Shown: positions 11,147 to 19,703 of the stretch, piece after piece
How positions within the stretch are numbered: the first letter of the stretch is position 1
How the letters are laid out: the number at the start of each line of letters is the position of its first letter
Source: Candidatus Dormiibacterota bacterium
GTDB lineage: Bacteria > Chloroflexota > Dormibacteria > Aeolococcales > Aeolococcaceae
Reading direction: 5' to 3'
DNA: 64,000 bases
NCBI GenBank assembly: GCA_036828955.1
Contig: DAISRJ010000007.1
Coordinates: forward strand, 1,967 to 65,966
The notes under the pieces: generated by a model
What the model was told of the DNA's origin: nothing
Seen by the model: only the letters and a program-made list of their open reading frames with translations
The model's database searches: none
Program-made: the position numbers and the translations under genes

Positions 11147-12049
11147 ATGACTCTGCGCCAATTGGCCACCTTCCTCGAGCTGTCGCGCAGCGGCTCGGTC
11201 AAGGTCGCGGCCGAGCGGCTCTACGTCACCCAGCCGGCGGTGTCGGCGGTGATCGCGTCGTTGCAGCGCGAGCTCGGCGTTGGGCTGGTCGCCCGGGAGG
11301 GGCGCGGCCTGCGCCTCACGCCGTCCGGGATGGTGCTCGCCGAGTACGCCCGGCGCATCCAGGGGACGCTCGACGAAGCCGCGGTCGCCACCGTCGGCGC
11401 GGGTCCCGGGGCGAGGCTGCGCCTCGCCGCCGTCACCACGGCCGGCGAGCACATCCTCCCGGCGGCGATCGCCAGCTTCCGCTCCAGCCATCCCGGTACC
11501 GAGGTGAGTGTTGAGGTGGCCAACCGCGAGCACGTGTGGGAGCGCCTCGAGGCGCACGAGGTCGACCTTGTCGTGGGCGGCCGGCCGCCCGACCAGCGTG
11601 GTCTGCAGACCCGCGCGCTGCGACCGCACGAGCTGGTCATCGTCGCGGCCCCCGACGCAGCACCCCCGCCCCGGCTGCGCGCCCTGGCCAGCTCCACGTG
11701 GCTGCTCCGCGAGAACGGGTCGGGCACGCGGGCCACAGTCGAGCAATACCTGGCGGAGCAGGGCATCTCGCCAAGCACGCTGACACTCGGGTCAAACGGG
11801 GCCGTCCGTGAGGCGGTCGCCGTCGGGCTGGGCATCACGCTCATCTCCCGTGACGCCGTGGCGGCGGAGCTGGCGACCGGCCGTCTCGTCGAGGTCGCGG
11901 CGCCGGGCGTGCCGATGCGCCGGGACTGGCACATCGTCACCCGGGACGAGGGCTCGTTGCCAGGCGCCGGAACGCTGTTCCTTGACCACCTCGTCGCCAC
12001 CAGCGGGTTCGTGCTGGCAGGCTCGGTCAGGCCGGCGCCGGCTCCCTGA
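11147..12049 (+). CDS. cbbR: LysR-family transcriptional regulator (CbbR-like)
   Basis: N-terminal HTH LRQLATFLELSRSGSVKVAAERLYVTQPAVSAVIASLQRELG. Divergent from cbbL. Confidence 0.85.
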   Translation: MTLRQLATFLELSRSGSVKVAAERLYVTQPAVSAVIASLQRELGVGLVAREGRGLRLTPSGMVLAEYARRIQGTLDEAAVATVGAGPGARLRLAAVTTAGEHILPAAIASFRSSHPGTEVSVEVANREHVWERLEAHEVDLVVGGRPPDQRGLQTRALRPHELVIVAAPDAAPPPRLRALASSTWLLRENGSGTRATVEQYLAEQGISPSTLTLGSNGAVREAVAVGLGITLISRDAVAAELATGRLVEVAAPGVPMRRDWHIVTRDEGSLPGAGTLFLDHLVATSGFVLAGSVRPAPAP

Positions 12050-13298
12050 ACGGTTCGATGTCGACGCCGATCAGGCCCCCGGCGCGCCGCAGAGCAGCCT
12101 CGACGTCCTCAGCGTCAGACCCGCGGGCGATGACGAAGCCGAGGTAGCGGTCGCCCTCAGGCAATGCCTCCACCGCCATGCCGACCGGGACGGTCAGCTC
12201 CACGGCGACGATGCCCGGTGTCGCGGCTGCCTTGTCAACACCGGATACGTGTCGGAGGATGCCTGTGGTCGGAACCGGGAGCATGAGCACGCCGGCGCCC
12301 CCGGCAGCGAGTCTCGGCTGGTCGAGGGGCAGGTCGAGCGCGTGACGCAGGATCGCCTCCTCGAGTGACATCTCCCGGTCGCCGGCGACGATGCGCAGGG
12401 CCGACGAGCACCGGCCGCCGATCGACCGCGCCGCCACCTCGAGGAAGACACAGCCGTCGGCGGTGATGCGCAGCTCCGCGTGGATCGGGCCGTCGCGGAG
12501 TGACAGCGCCTGGGTTGCGGCCTGCGTGATCGCGATCGCCTCGTCGAGCACAGCAGCAGGGTGCCTCGACGGCGTCACGTAGATCGTCTCCGCGAAGAAG
12601 GGGCCGTTCAGCGGGTCGGGCTTGTCGAAGATCGCCAGCACGGTCAGGCGGCCGTGGCTGAGCAGTCCCTCGACGGCGATCTCTGCGCCGGCGACGAACT
12701 CCTCGGCGAGCATCGGCGGATCCTCGTCCGGCGGGCAGAGACCGGGACGGCGCAGCAACGCGTCGACGCGACCGATGGCGGCGGACAGCTCGGCGACGGT
12801 GTCGGCGCGGATCACGCCGCGGCTGGCGGCGAGGTCGACAGGCTTGACGACGCAGGGCAGGCCCACCGCGGTCGACGCGCCGGGCGCGGCCGAGCCCGCC
12901 GCGTCGCCACGCACCTCCACCCACCGCGGTTGACGAACGGAGGCGGCGCCGAGGAGGCGGCGCAACCTCCGCTTGTCACGTGTGGCCGCAACCGCGTCGA
13001 CAGGGTTGCGGGCGACCCCCAACCGGGACGCGATGGTCACGGCGCTGATCACCGATGCCTCGTCGACGCCGACCACGGCGTCGATCGGCCGGCGCTCCGC
13101 GAACGCCGCCGCGCGATCGGCGGCCTCGTTGGGGTCGCCGAGGTCGATCGTCAGCACCCGCCCCTCCATGAGCGCGGCCAGCGTCGGGGCCTCGTCGGAC
13201 GCCAGCACACACTCGACCTGGAGCGTGGCGGCCGCGCGCAGGAAGGCCGTGGCCCGGTAGGTCGCCGTCGGCAGGACGAGCATGATCCGCTGGGCCAC
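12027..13298 (-). CDS. ATP-grasp domain protein (amino-acid ligase-like)
   Basis: 423-aa ORF with a central ATP-grasp-like region (LPCVVKPVDLAASRGVIRADT...EEFVAGAEIAVEGL...IHAELRIT). GTG start. Its 3' end overlaps the cbbR 3' end by 23 nt (convergent). Confidence 0.75.
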   Translation of the reverse strand: MAQRIMLVLPTATYRATAFLRAAATLQVECVLASDEAPTLAALMEGRVLTIDLGDPNEAADRAAAFAERRPIDAVVGVDEASVISAVTIASRLGVARNPVDAVAATRDKRRLRRLLGAASVRQPRWVEVRGDAAGSAAPGASTAVGLPCVVKPVDLAASRGVIRADTVAELSAAIGRVDALLRRPGLCPPDEDPPMLAEEFVAGAEIAVEGLLSHGRLTVLAIFDKPDPLNGPFFAETIYVTPSRHPAAVLDEAIAITQAATQALSLRDGPIHAELRITADGCVFLEVAARSIGGRCSSALRIVAGDREMSLEEAILRHALDLPLDQPRLAAGGAGVLMLPVPTTGILRHVSGVDKAAATPGIVAVELTVPVGMAVEALPEGDRYLGFVIARGSDAEDVEAALRRAGGLIGVDIEPFREPAPA

Positions 13299-13402
13299 CT
13301 GGCGAGCCTAGGCGACGGCCGCGCGCGGCCGCGCTGCAGCCGAAGGCCTGGAGGGGTCAGACTCAGTCTCGCGTCCCACGTCAGGGATCGTTGGAGAGCA
13401 TC

Positions 13403-13987
13403 GTGAAGCAGCCCCGCATCAACGCCACCGCCGCCGCGCTGACCCGCCTCGACCAGGTGCGCGCCAACCGCAAGCAGCCCGGTGCCGGCCTGCGCATCGC
13501 CATCACCGGTCGCCAGGACGGCGCATTCGTGTACGACATGCAGCTGGTCGGCGCCGGTGAGGAGCTGCAGGGAGACATGATCGTGGACGCGTTGCCCGGC
13601 ATCTCCGTTCATATCCCGCTTGCCTCGGCGCCGTACCTCGATGGCATCACTCTCGACGCCACCCTCCCGATGGGGGCTGTGCACGTGATCAACCCCAACC
13701 CTCTCTGGCTCGATCCACTCGCAGAGTCGGTGCAGCGCCTCCTCGACGACGAGATCAACCCTTCGGTGGCCTCGCACGGAGGCCACATCGATCTTCTCGA
13801 CGTCAGCGACGGCATCGCCTTCATCCACATGGGAGGAGGCTGCCAGGGCTGCGGGATGGCCGAGGTCACCCTCGGGCAGGGCGTCCGCGTGGCCATCCTC
13901 GACGCCTTTGCTGACATCCACGAGGTGCGCGACACCACCGACCACGCGCAGGGGGCCAACCCCTACTACCAGGCCGCCAAGAAGTAG
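13403..13987 (+). CDS. NfuA-like Fe-S cluster carrier (degenerate IscA-like N-domain plus Nfu C-domain)
   Basis: C-terminal Nfu motif HMGGGCQGCGMAEVTL. The N-terminal half resembles an A-type carrier fold. The GTG at 13403 is preceded by GGAGAG; the ORF-track TTG at 13391 is the alternative start. Confidence 0.8.
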   Translation: MKQPRINATAAALTRLDQVRANRKQPGAGLRIAITGRQDGAFVYDMQLVGAGEELQGDMIVDALPGISVHIPLASAPYLDGITLDATLPMGAVHVINPNPLWLDPLAESVQRLLDDEINPSVASHGGHIDLLDVSDGIAFIHMGGGCQGCGMAEVTLGQGVRVAILDAFADIHEVRDTTDHAQGANPYYQAAKK

Positions 13988-14005
13988 GCACGCGCCAGCG
14001 CGCGA

Positions 14006-15523
14006 TCAGCGGCGCACGTACACGTCGACGAGGGCCACGCGGTGTGACGAGCCGAACAGCCGGGTCGGCCCACTCAGGGTTTCTGCGTCAATGAGTGAGA
14101 ACCCGGGCGGCGCCGCCTCCGCGCCCGCGAGCACGGCCACGTCGCCCGGCTGGGCGGCGGCGATCTGCGCGGAGCCGCTCACGACCGTGAGCCGCAACTG
14201 CTTCTCGACCGGGGTTGTGCCCGGTGGCGGCAGAAGCGCGAACAGGGCCTCCTCATCGAGGTCGGGGATCAGCGATGACACCAAGACCCGGTGCGGCCCC
14301 GCGGCGTCGTGGGCGGCGACCAGGGCCGGGACCACGCCGATGTCGAACGCGTAGACGGCTCGCGACGGGTAGGCGACCACGTAGTCGGCGAAGTACAGCC
14401 CGGCCGCCACCGCGATCAACGCTGTGGCAGCGGCGACGCGGAGGTGGTGTCCACGGAGAACCGGGAGGACACCGGCCCAGCCGTAGGTGAAGACGACAAG
14501 CAGGAACGGCAGGAAGACCACGTCGCGGCGCGCCGAGATGCCCGTTGTCAGGGCTGGACCGATGGGGGCAACGACCAGGCCCGCAACGGCGAGCCGGGAC
14601 AGCGGTTCGCGCCAGCGACGCACGCAGGTCACCAGGCCCACGAGGAGGATGGGCAGGGCGGTGAGGAACAGCAGACCGCCGAAACCCGAACTGTGACGGG
14701 GATTCGGATCGCCGTGCAGGAACAGGAAATCCGGTGTGAAGTACTGGAAGTAGTTGCCGATGAGTGCACCGACGCCGCTGAGCACGCCGTGCTGGGTCAC
14801 CGAGACGCCCCCCAACCTGGCCACCGCGTTGCCACCCGTCCCAAGCACCAGCAACAGGGTCGCCAGCACCACAGGCCCTGCGAGCAGGCACAACTGTCTG
14901 GCGCGCATCAGGGGCAGGTGTGTGAAAACGATCAGCACAAGGAAGATGAGCCCGAAGAACCGGCCGGGTTGAGCGGAGAACGGCGCCAACCCGAGCGCGA
15001 GGCCGGCCACGACGCAGTTCCTCGTGCGCTGCACGCCGCCGCCGGCAATGGCGGCGAGAACGACCACGAAGCAGAGAACGGTGAAGAGGTCGGCTTCGAG
15101 GTTGATGCGCGCGGTGTGGAAGAACCAGGGCTCGAAGGCGGCTTCGAGCATGATGATCAGCGCCACCGGGCGCGACCGTGTGATGCGCCATGCCAGCACG
15201 GCGGCCGCCCCCGCCAGCGCGATGCCGGCGAACGCGGACGGCAGCCGGGTGAGCGTCGGCGTGAGTGGCCCAAGCAGAGTCAGCGGCGCCAGCAGGTACG
15301 TGCTGATCGGCCCCTTGTAGTCGCCGAAGTCGCGGAACAGCAACGGCCACGGGGTGCCGAACTGGTCGGTCCCGTAGTGGGCGACCGTCCACGCGTTGTA
15401 GCCGATCGATGCTTCATCCGTGTAGAGACCCGGCGGTGAGCTGGCCAGTCCGGCCACGTGAGAGGCCACGATGACCACGAACACGACACAGAAGGCGAGG
15501 CTCCACCACCGGCCGCGGCTCAT
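14006..15523 (-). CDS. membrane glycosyltransferase, family 39 / ArnT-PMT-like
   Basis: 505 aa and polytopic. The N-terminal loop YTDEASIGYNAWTVAHYGTDQFG...PLLFRDFGDYKGP resembles the DE-containing first loop of GT-C mannosyl/arabinosyl transferases. Confidence 0.7.
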   Translation of the reverse strand: MSRGRWWSLAFCVVFVVIVASHVAGLASSPPGLYTDEASIGYNAWTVAHYGTDQFGTPWPLLFRDFGDYKGPISTYLLAPLTLLGPLTPTLTRLPSAFAGIALAGAAAVLAWRITRSRPVALIIMLEAAFEPWFFHTARINLEADLFTVLCFVVVLAAIAGGGVQRTRNCVVAGLALGLAPFSAQPGRFFGLIFLVLIVFTHLPLMRARQLCLLAGPVVLATLLLVLGTGGNAVARLGGVSVTQHGVLSGVGALIGNYFQYFTPDFLFLHGDPNPRHSSGFGGLLFLTALPILLVGLVTCVRRWREPLSRLAVAGLVVAPIGPALTTGISARRDVVFLPFLLVVFTYGWAGVLPVLRGHHLRVAAATALIAVAAGLYFADYVVAYPSRAVYAFDIGVVPALVAAHDAAGPHRVLVSSLIPDLDEEALFALLPPPGTTPVEKQLRLTVVSGSAQIAAAQPGDVAVLAGAEAAPPGFSLIDAETLSGPTRLFGSSHRVALVDVYVRR

Positions 15524-15862
15524 GCGGCGATGGTACCCGCGCTCTGCGCAGTGCTCCGGTTCTGTGACGAGGGCGATGAACCTCGCAACAACAGCTTGGC
15601 GTGCCGAGCGCGCCGGCAGCGCAGACTCAACCCGTCGCCGTCCTCACCGCTGGCGGCGTGCATCGTGGGGCATCGCCGCCGTGGTCACGCGCGGGCCTGC
15701 AGCGGTCATCACGAACGGAGCACGGCTCCTTCTGGGAGCGGCGATCAGCCGGCTCCGTGGCGCGACCTGATGTGCTTCTCTCCTGAGGCCGACCTCACCA
15801 CCGGTGTGATCGTCGGGGCCGTTGGCATCGATGCCGTCCGCCACGCGAGCCGGCCACAGTAG

Positions 15863-16429
15863 ATGGTGCTCGCCTCGCTGCCGCTGCTTCTCGCGGTCCA
15901 CGAGATGGATGAGGCCCTGGTGTGGTGGGGACTTCGTGGACAGTTGCCGTGGGCGGTGACCCACGCAGCCATCTACATCTTCCTGACAGTCGCCTTCGCG
16001 CTGCCCTTCCTGGTGCCGCTGGCCACGCTGGGCATCGAACCTGTCGTGCAACGGCGGCGCATCATGGCCGCCTTCCTGCTCCTCGGGGCGATCACCATGT
16101 CAGCGCTCCTTTTTGCCGTCGTCGGCTCACCGGTCGGCGCGACGATCGTCGGCAGCCACATCGCCTACACGGCGCCGATCAGCTACGGCAACCTGCTGGT
16201 GGCGCTATACCTCCTCGCCACCTGCGGATCCATGCTCGTGGCCAGCAGCAAGCTCCTCGTGCTGTTCGGTCTCGGCAACGTGGCGGCCGTCATGGGCCTG
16301 GGGTGGTTGACCTTCACGGGGTTCACGTCCCTGTGGTGCGCGTGGGCGGCGATCACAAGCATTGCCATCGCCGTCTACCTGCGACGCACCCAGGAATCCC
16401 GGCCGGCGCCGCTCCGCGTCGCTGTCTGA
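15863..16429 (+). CDS. integral membrane protein (DUF6629-like), possibly the 3' part of a gene interrupted by an in-frame TAG
   Basis: 188 aa, about 5 TM helices, high GC3. The same frame upstream (15770-15859) encodes MCFSPEADLTTGVIVGAVGIDAVRHASRPQ and is separated from this ORF only by TAG at 15860-15862. Confidence 0.6.
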   Translation: MVLASLPLLLAVHEMDEALVWWGLRGQLPWAVTHAAIYIFLTVAFALPFLVPLATLGIEPVVQRRRIMAAFLLLGAITMSALLFAVVGSPVGATIVGSHIAYTAPISYGNLLVALYLLATCGSMLVASSKLLVLFGLGNVAAVMGLGWLTFTGFTSLWCAWAAITSIAIAVYLRRTQESRPAPLRVAV

Positions 16430-16453
16430 GCTCGTCGCCGCTGCGCGGGACGG

Positions 16454-17377
16454 TCAGGCCTCCCCCTGCCGCTGCTGCTGCTGCTGCTGCTGCCAGTGGA
16501 CGGCGGCGCCGCGCTGTACTGTCTCCATCTGCTGGTTGGACATGCGCCTGATCCGCACCAGCACGTCGGGCCTGGCGCCGTCCGCGCGCCCGTAGAACAG
16601 CCCGCGATGGGGGGCGACGTCGCGGTAGTCGCGCCCGGCGGCGAGGCGCAGGTGGTGGGCGCCGGTGAAACCGCCGTGGGTCGGGTCAAGTCCCACCCAG
16701 CGTCCGTCGGCACCGCACACCTCGGCCCAGGCGTGGGACTGACCTTCGATAACGGTGCGGTCGCCGGTCGGGCCGAGGTACCCGCTGACGTACCGTGCCG
16801 GCCAGCCGGCACCGCGCACCATCGCCAGGAAGAGGTGCGTGAAGTCCTGGCAGACGCCGGCGCCGCCGGCAAGGAGGTCGTCGATGCTCGACTCCACCGT
16901 GGTCGCGCCGCTCACGTAGCGCAGCTCCTTGGGGATGCGCTCGGCCGTGGCCAGCACCGCGTCGAAGCTGCGGTCGTTGCCGTTCCATTCCTGCCAGAGA
17001 CTGCGCGTCGCCTGGGCGAGAGGTACGCGAGGGCTGGGCAGGACGTATTCGAGCCGCGGGTCGGCAGCGAGCACCTCATCCGACCACTGCGGCAGGCGTC
17101 GACGTCGCGGCTCACTGTTCTCGACCACCGCCTCGACCACGAACTCGAGCACGTCGTGGGGAGTTGTGACGTCGACACGGTGCACGTAGTTGCCGAAATA
17201 GTCGATGCGGCTGCGCGGCACGGCCGCGGGATTGGTCAGCAACGAGAACGCGAGGGTGCTCTGCGAACCGCGGTCGCGAGGGCGCATGCGCACCTCGTTG
17301 AACGACAGCGCCACCGAATCGGTGTAGCGGAGCGTGGTGTGATGCCACACCGCGTAGGTCAGCGACTCAGTACCCAT
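16454..17377 (-). CDS. transglutaminase-like cysteine peptidase family protein (Bact_transglu_N plus TGase core)
   Basis: GVCQDFTHLFLAMVRGAGWPARYVSGY (Cys), QSHAWAEV (His), GLDPTHG (Asp). ATG at 17377. Overlaps the ATP-grasp stop by 19 nt. The C-terminal tail has Q7. Confidence 0.8.
   Translation of the reverse strand: MGTESLTYAVWHHTTLRYTDSVALSFNEVRMRPRDRGSQSTLAFSLLTNPAAVPRSRIDYFGNYVHRVDVTTPHDVLEFVVEAVVENSEPRRRRLPQWSDEVLAADPRLEYVLPSPRVPLAQATRSLWQEWNGNDRSFDAVLATAERIPKELRYVSGATTVESSIDDLLAGGAGVCQDFTHLFLAMVRGAGWPARYVSGYLGPTGDRTVIEGQSHAWAEVCGADGRWVGLDPTHGGFTGAHHLRLAAGRDYRDVAPHRGLFYGRADGARPDVLVRIRRMSNQQMETVQRGAAVHWQQQQQQQRQGEA
16471..16491. repeat. (GCT)7 trinucleotide repeat, = (CAG)7 on the coding strand
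   Basis: Read directly: GCC GCTGCTGCTGCTGCTGCTGCT GCC. It encodes the poly-Q run in ...HWQQQQQQQRQGEA* of the transglutaminase-like gene. Confidence 0.9.
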
Positions 17378-18789
17378 GTGTCCTTGCTGCCTCCACCCTG
17401 TGAGGAGTTGACGACCAGCGTCTTGGGGTTGGCCGCCACCCTGGTGAGCCCGCCGGGCGAGATCCATGGTCGTTCATCGAGCAGCACGAAGGGGCGGAGG
17501 TCGACCGCTCGCGGCTCCAGCCCACCGTCGGAGCGCAGGCAGACCGCCCTGCTCAGCTCCACCTCCTCCTGCGCCAGCCACTGTCGGGGCGCGAGGTCGA
17601 TCCGCGCGATCAGCTCGGCGCGCTCCGCGGAACTGGACAACCGCCCGAAGTGGATGTCGTATCCCCCGCTGGCGTCGACCGGTTTCAGCACCATCCTGTC
17701 CAGGTGCGTGACCACATGGTCGCGCTGCACGTGGTCGGACAGGTCGAAGGTGGGCACGTTGCGGATCAGCGGCTCCTCCCCGAGGTAGTAACGGATCATG
17801 GCCGGCACGTACGGGTAGATGGCCTTGTCGTCGGCCACGCCGGTGCCCGGGGCGTTGGCGATGGCGACGTTGCCGCGGCGCCACGCCTCGATAATTCCCG
17901 GGGCGCCGAGCATCGACTCGCTGCGAAACACCAGTGGGTCGAGCCAGTCACTGTTGACGCGCGAATAGATGACGTCGACCCGATGGATGCCGCCCTCGGC
18001 GTCGCGGCGGTACACCTCGTCCTCCGACACGATGAGGTCGTTGCCCTCGACCAGGGTGGCGCCCATCTCCTCGGCGAGGAGCTTGTGCTCGTAGTAGGCC
18101 GCGTTGTAGGAGCCCGGCGTGAGAAGGGCGATCGCCGCCTCCCAAGGTCGTGGCGCGATCCTCTGGAGGATGCGCCGCAGCCTCGTGGTGTACTCGTCGA
18201 TGCGCCGCACGGCGTTGCTGGCAAACCAGTCCGGGGCCACCTTCTCCATGGCCCGGCGCGCCTCGAGCGCGTAGGCGACGCCGCTGGGGACGCGAACGTT
18301 GTCCTCGAGGACACAGAAGGTCCCCTGCACGCGCACCACGTCGATGCCGGCCACGTGGCACCACGTCGCCCGGGGCGGCCGCACCCCGACGATGTCGCGC
18401 AGGTAACCGGTGCTGCTGTAGACGAGCCGCGCCGGCACGACGCCATCGCGAAGCGCGCGCTGCGCTCCGTAGCAGTCCGACACGAACGAGTTCAGCGCCA
18501 TGGCCCTCTGCGAGAGGCCGCGGTGGAGCGTGCGCCATTCGTTGGCGCTGATGACCCGAGGGATGGGGTCGAACGGAAAGATCGGCGCCACCCCGTCCTG
18601 GGGAACGCCGAAGGTCACGTTGCGGGCGGCGAAGGCCTCCTGGGCGCCGCGGCTGATGGCGGGCAGTTGGCGATGCATTCGCGTGACCGCGGCGAGCAGG
18701 TCGACGTAGGGCAGGCGCGCGCTGCCATCGCGGCGCACGCACTCATCGGCGCCCTGCGGCAACAACGACGACCCCTGCGATTTCGCCAT
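17359..18789 (-). CDS. circularly permuted type 2 ATP-grasp protein
   Basis: LLTPGSYNAAYYEHKLLAEEMGATLVEGNDL...VDVIYSRVNSDWLDPLVFRSESMLGAPG...GNVAIANAPGTGVADDKAIYPYVPAMIRYYLGEEPLIRNVPTF matches the conserved core of this family as I recall it. Confidence 0.85.
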   Translation of the reverse strand: MAKSQGSSLLPQGADECVRRDGSARLPYVDLLAAVTRMHRQLPAISRGAQEAFAARNVTFGVPQDGVAPIFPFDPIPRVISANEWRTLHRGLSQRAMALNSFVSDCYGAQRALRDGVVPARLVYSSTGYLRDIVGVRPPRATWCHVAGIDVVRVQGTFCVLEDNVRVPSGVAYALEARRAMEKVAPDWFASNAVRRIDEYTTRLRRILQRIAPRPWEAAIALLTPGSYNAAYYEHKLLAEEMGATLVEGNDLIVSEDEVYRRDAEGGIHRVDVIYSRVNSDWLDPLVFRSESMLGAPGIIEAWRRGNVAIANAPGTGVADDKAIYPYVPAMIRYYLGEEPLIRNVPTFDLSDHVQRDHVVTHLDRMVLKPVDASGGYDIHFGRLSSSAERAELIARIDLAPRQWLAQEEVELSRAVCLRSDGGLEPRAVDLRPFVLLDERPWISPGGLTRVAANPKTLVVNSSQGGGSKDTWVLSR

Positions 18790-18827
18790 TGCCCGTGCAG
18801 ACTACTCTCTGGCGGTAGACTGACAGC

Positions 18828-19703
18828 GTGTCGGAGGTTTCCAGCCGCCGTGTCCGCGTCGGCTGCGAGTTCGTCCACGACCTGAGCTGGCCTGTTTCAT
18901 TGGTTCTCCAGGTGGAGCCGCGGCTCGACAGTGTGCTCACTGTCAGCGGCGATCGCCTGGACACGGACCCGTTCGTTCCGGTGCGCCGATACACCGACCT
19001 CTACGGCAATGTCTGCCGTAGATTGACGCTGGATCCCGGTCGCAGCCACATCCGCTACGAAGCCGAGGTGGATGTCGCAGCCGGCGTGGACGATGCCGAC
19101 GCCGGCGCCGCGCCGTCGCCCGTCGCGGGCCTGCCCGACGAGGTGCTGCACTACACGCTGGCCAGTCGTTACTGCGATTCGGACCGCCTCGCCAATACCG
19201 CGTGGGGCCTGTTCGGCAGCGTTCCCGAGGGCTGGGCGCGCATCCAGGCCGTGGTCGAATGGGTCAACAGCAACGTCACCTTCACCGTCGGCAGCAGCAA
19301 CACCGGCACCGGCGCCAGTGACGTGTACCTCCAACGCCGTGGCGTGTGCCGCGACTTCACCCACCTGGCAATCGCCCTGCTTCGTGCGCTCAACGTCCCC
19401 TCGCGCTACTGCTTCGGGTATCTTCCCGATATTGACGTTCCCATCTCGCCGGAGCCGATGGACTTCGCCGCATGGCTGGAGGCGTACGTCGGCGGCCGCT
19501 GGTACACCTTCGACCCACGCAACAATGCGCGCCGCACGGGCCGTGTGGTCATCGGGCGCGGCCGCGACGCGCTCGACGTGGCCATGTTGACCAGCTACGG
19601 GCGCGCGCCGCTGACCGCCATGCGCGTGGTCGCTGAACCGGTGGCGGCGTCGCCATGGTCCAGCTCCAGCCCGCCCGTGGTCGGCGACTTCGGGTCATTG
19701 TGA
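18828..19703 (+). CDS. transglutaminase-like family protein (paralog 2; predicted catalytic His replaced)
   Basis: GVCRDFTHLAIALLRALNVPSRYCFGYL (Cys) and WYTFDPRNN (Asp). The position that aligns to His in the two paralogs reads DFAAWLEAY. GTG start, 6 nt after TAGACT. Confidence 0.8.
   Translation: MSEVSSRRVRVGCEFVHDLSWPVSLVLQVEPRLDSVLTVSGDRLDTDPFVPVRRYTDLYGNVCRRLTLDPGRSHIRYEAEVDVAAGVDDADAGAAPSPVAGLPDEVLHYTLASRYCDSDRLANTAWGLFGSVPEGWARIQAVVEWVNSNVTFTVGSSNTGTGASDVYLQRRGVCRDFTHLAIALLRALNVPSRYCFGYLPDIDVPISPEPMDFAAWLEAYVGGRWYTFDPRNNARRTGRVVIGRGRDALDVAMLTSYGRAPLTAMRVVAEPVAASPWSSSSPPVVGDFGSL

Noticed and set aside
16471-16491. Tandem repeat considered as a CRISPR-like or non-coding repeat
   Set aside because: It is a simple in-frame CAG microsatellite inside a coding tail. 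No spacer/repeat periodicity occurs anywhere in the window.
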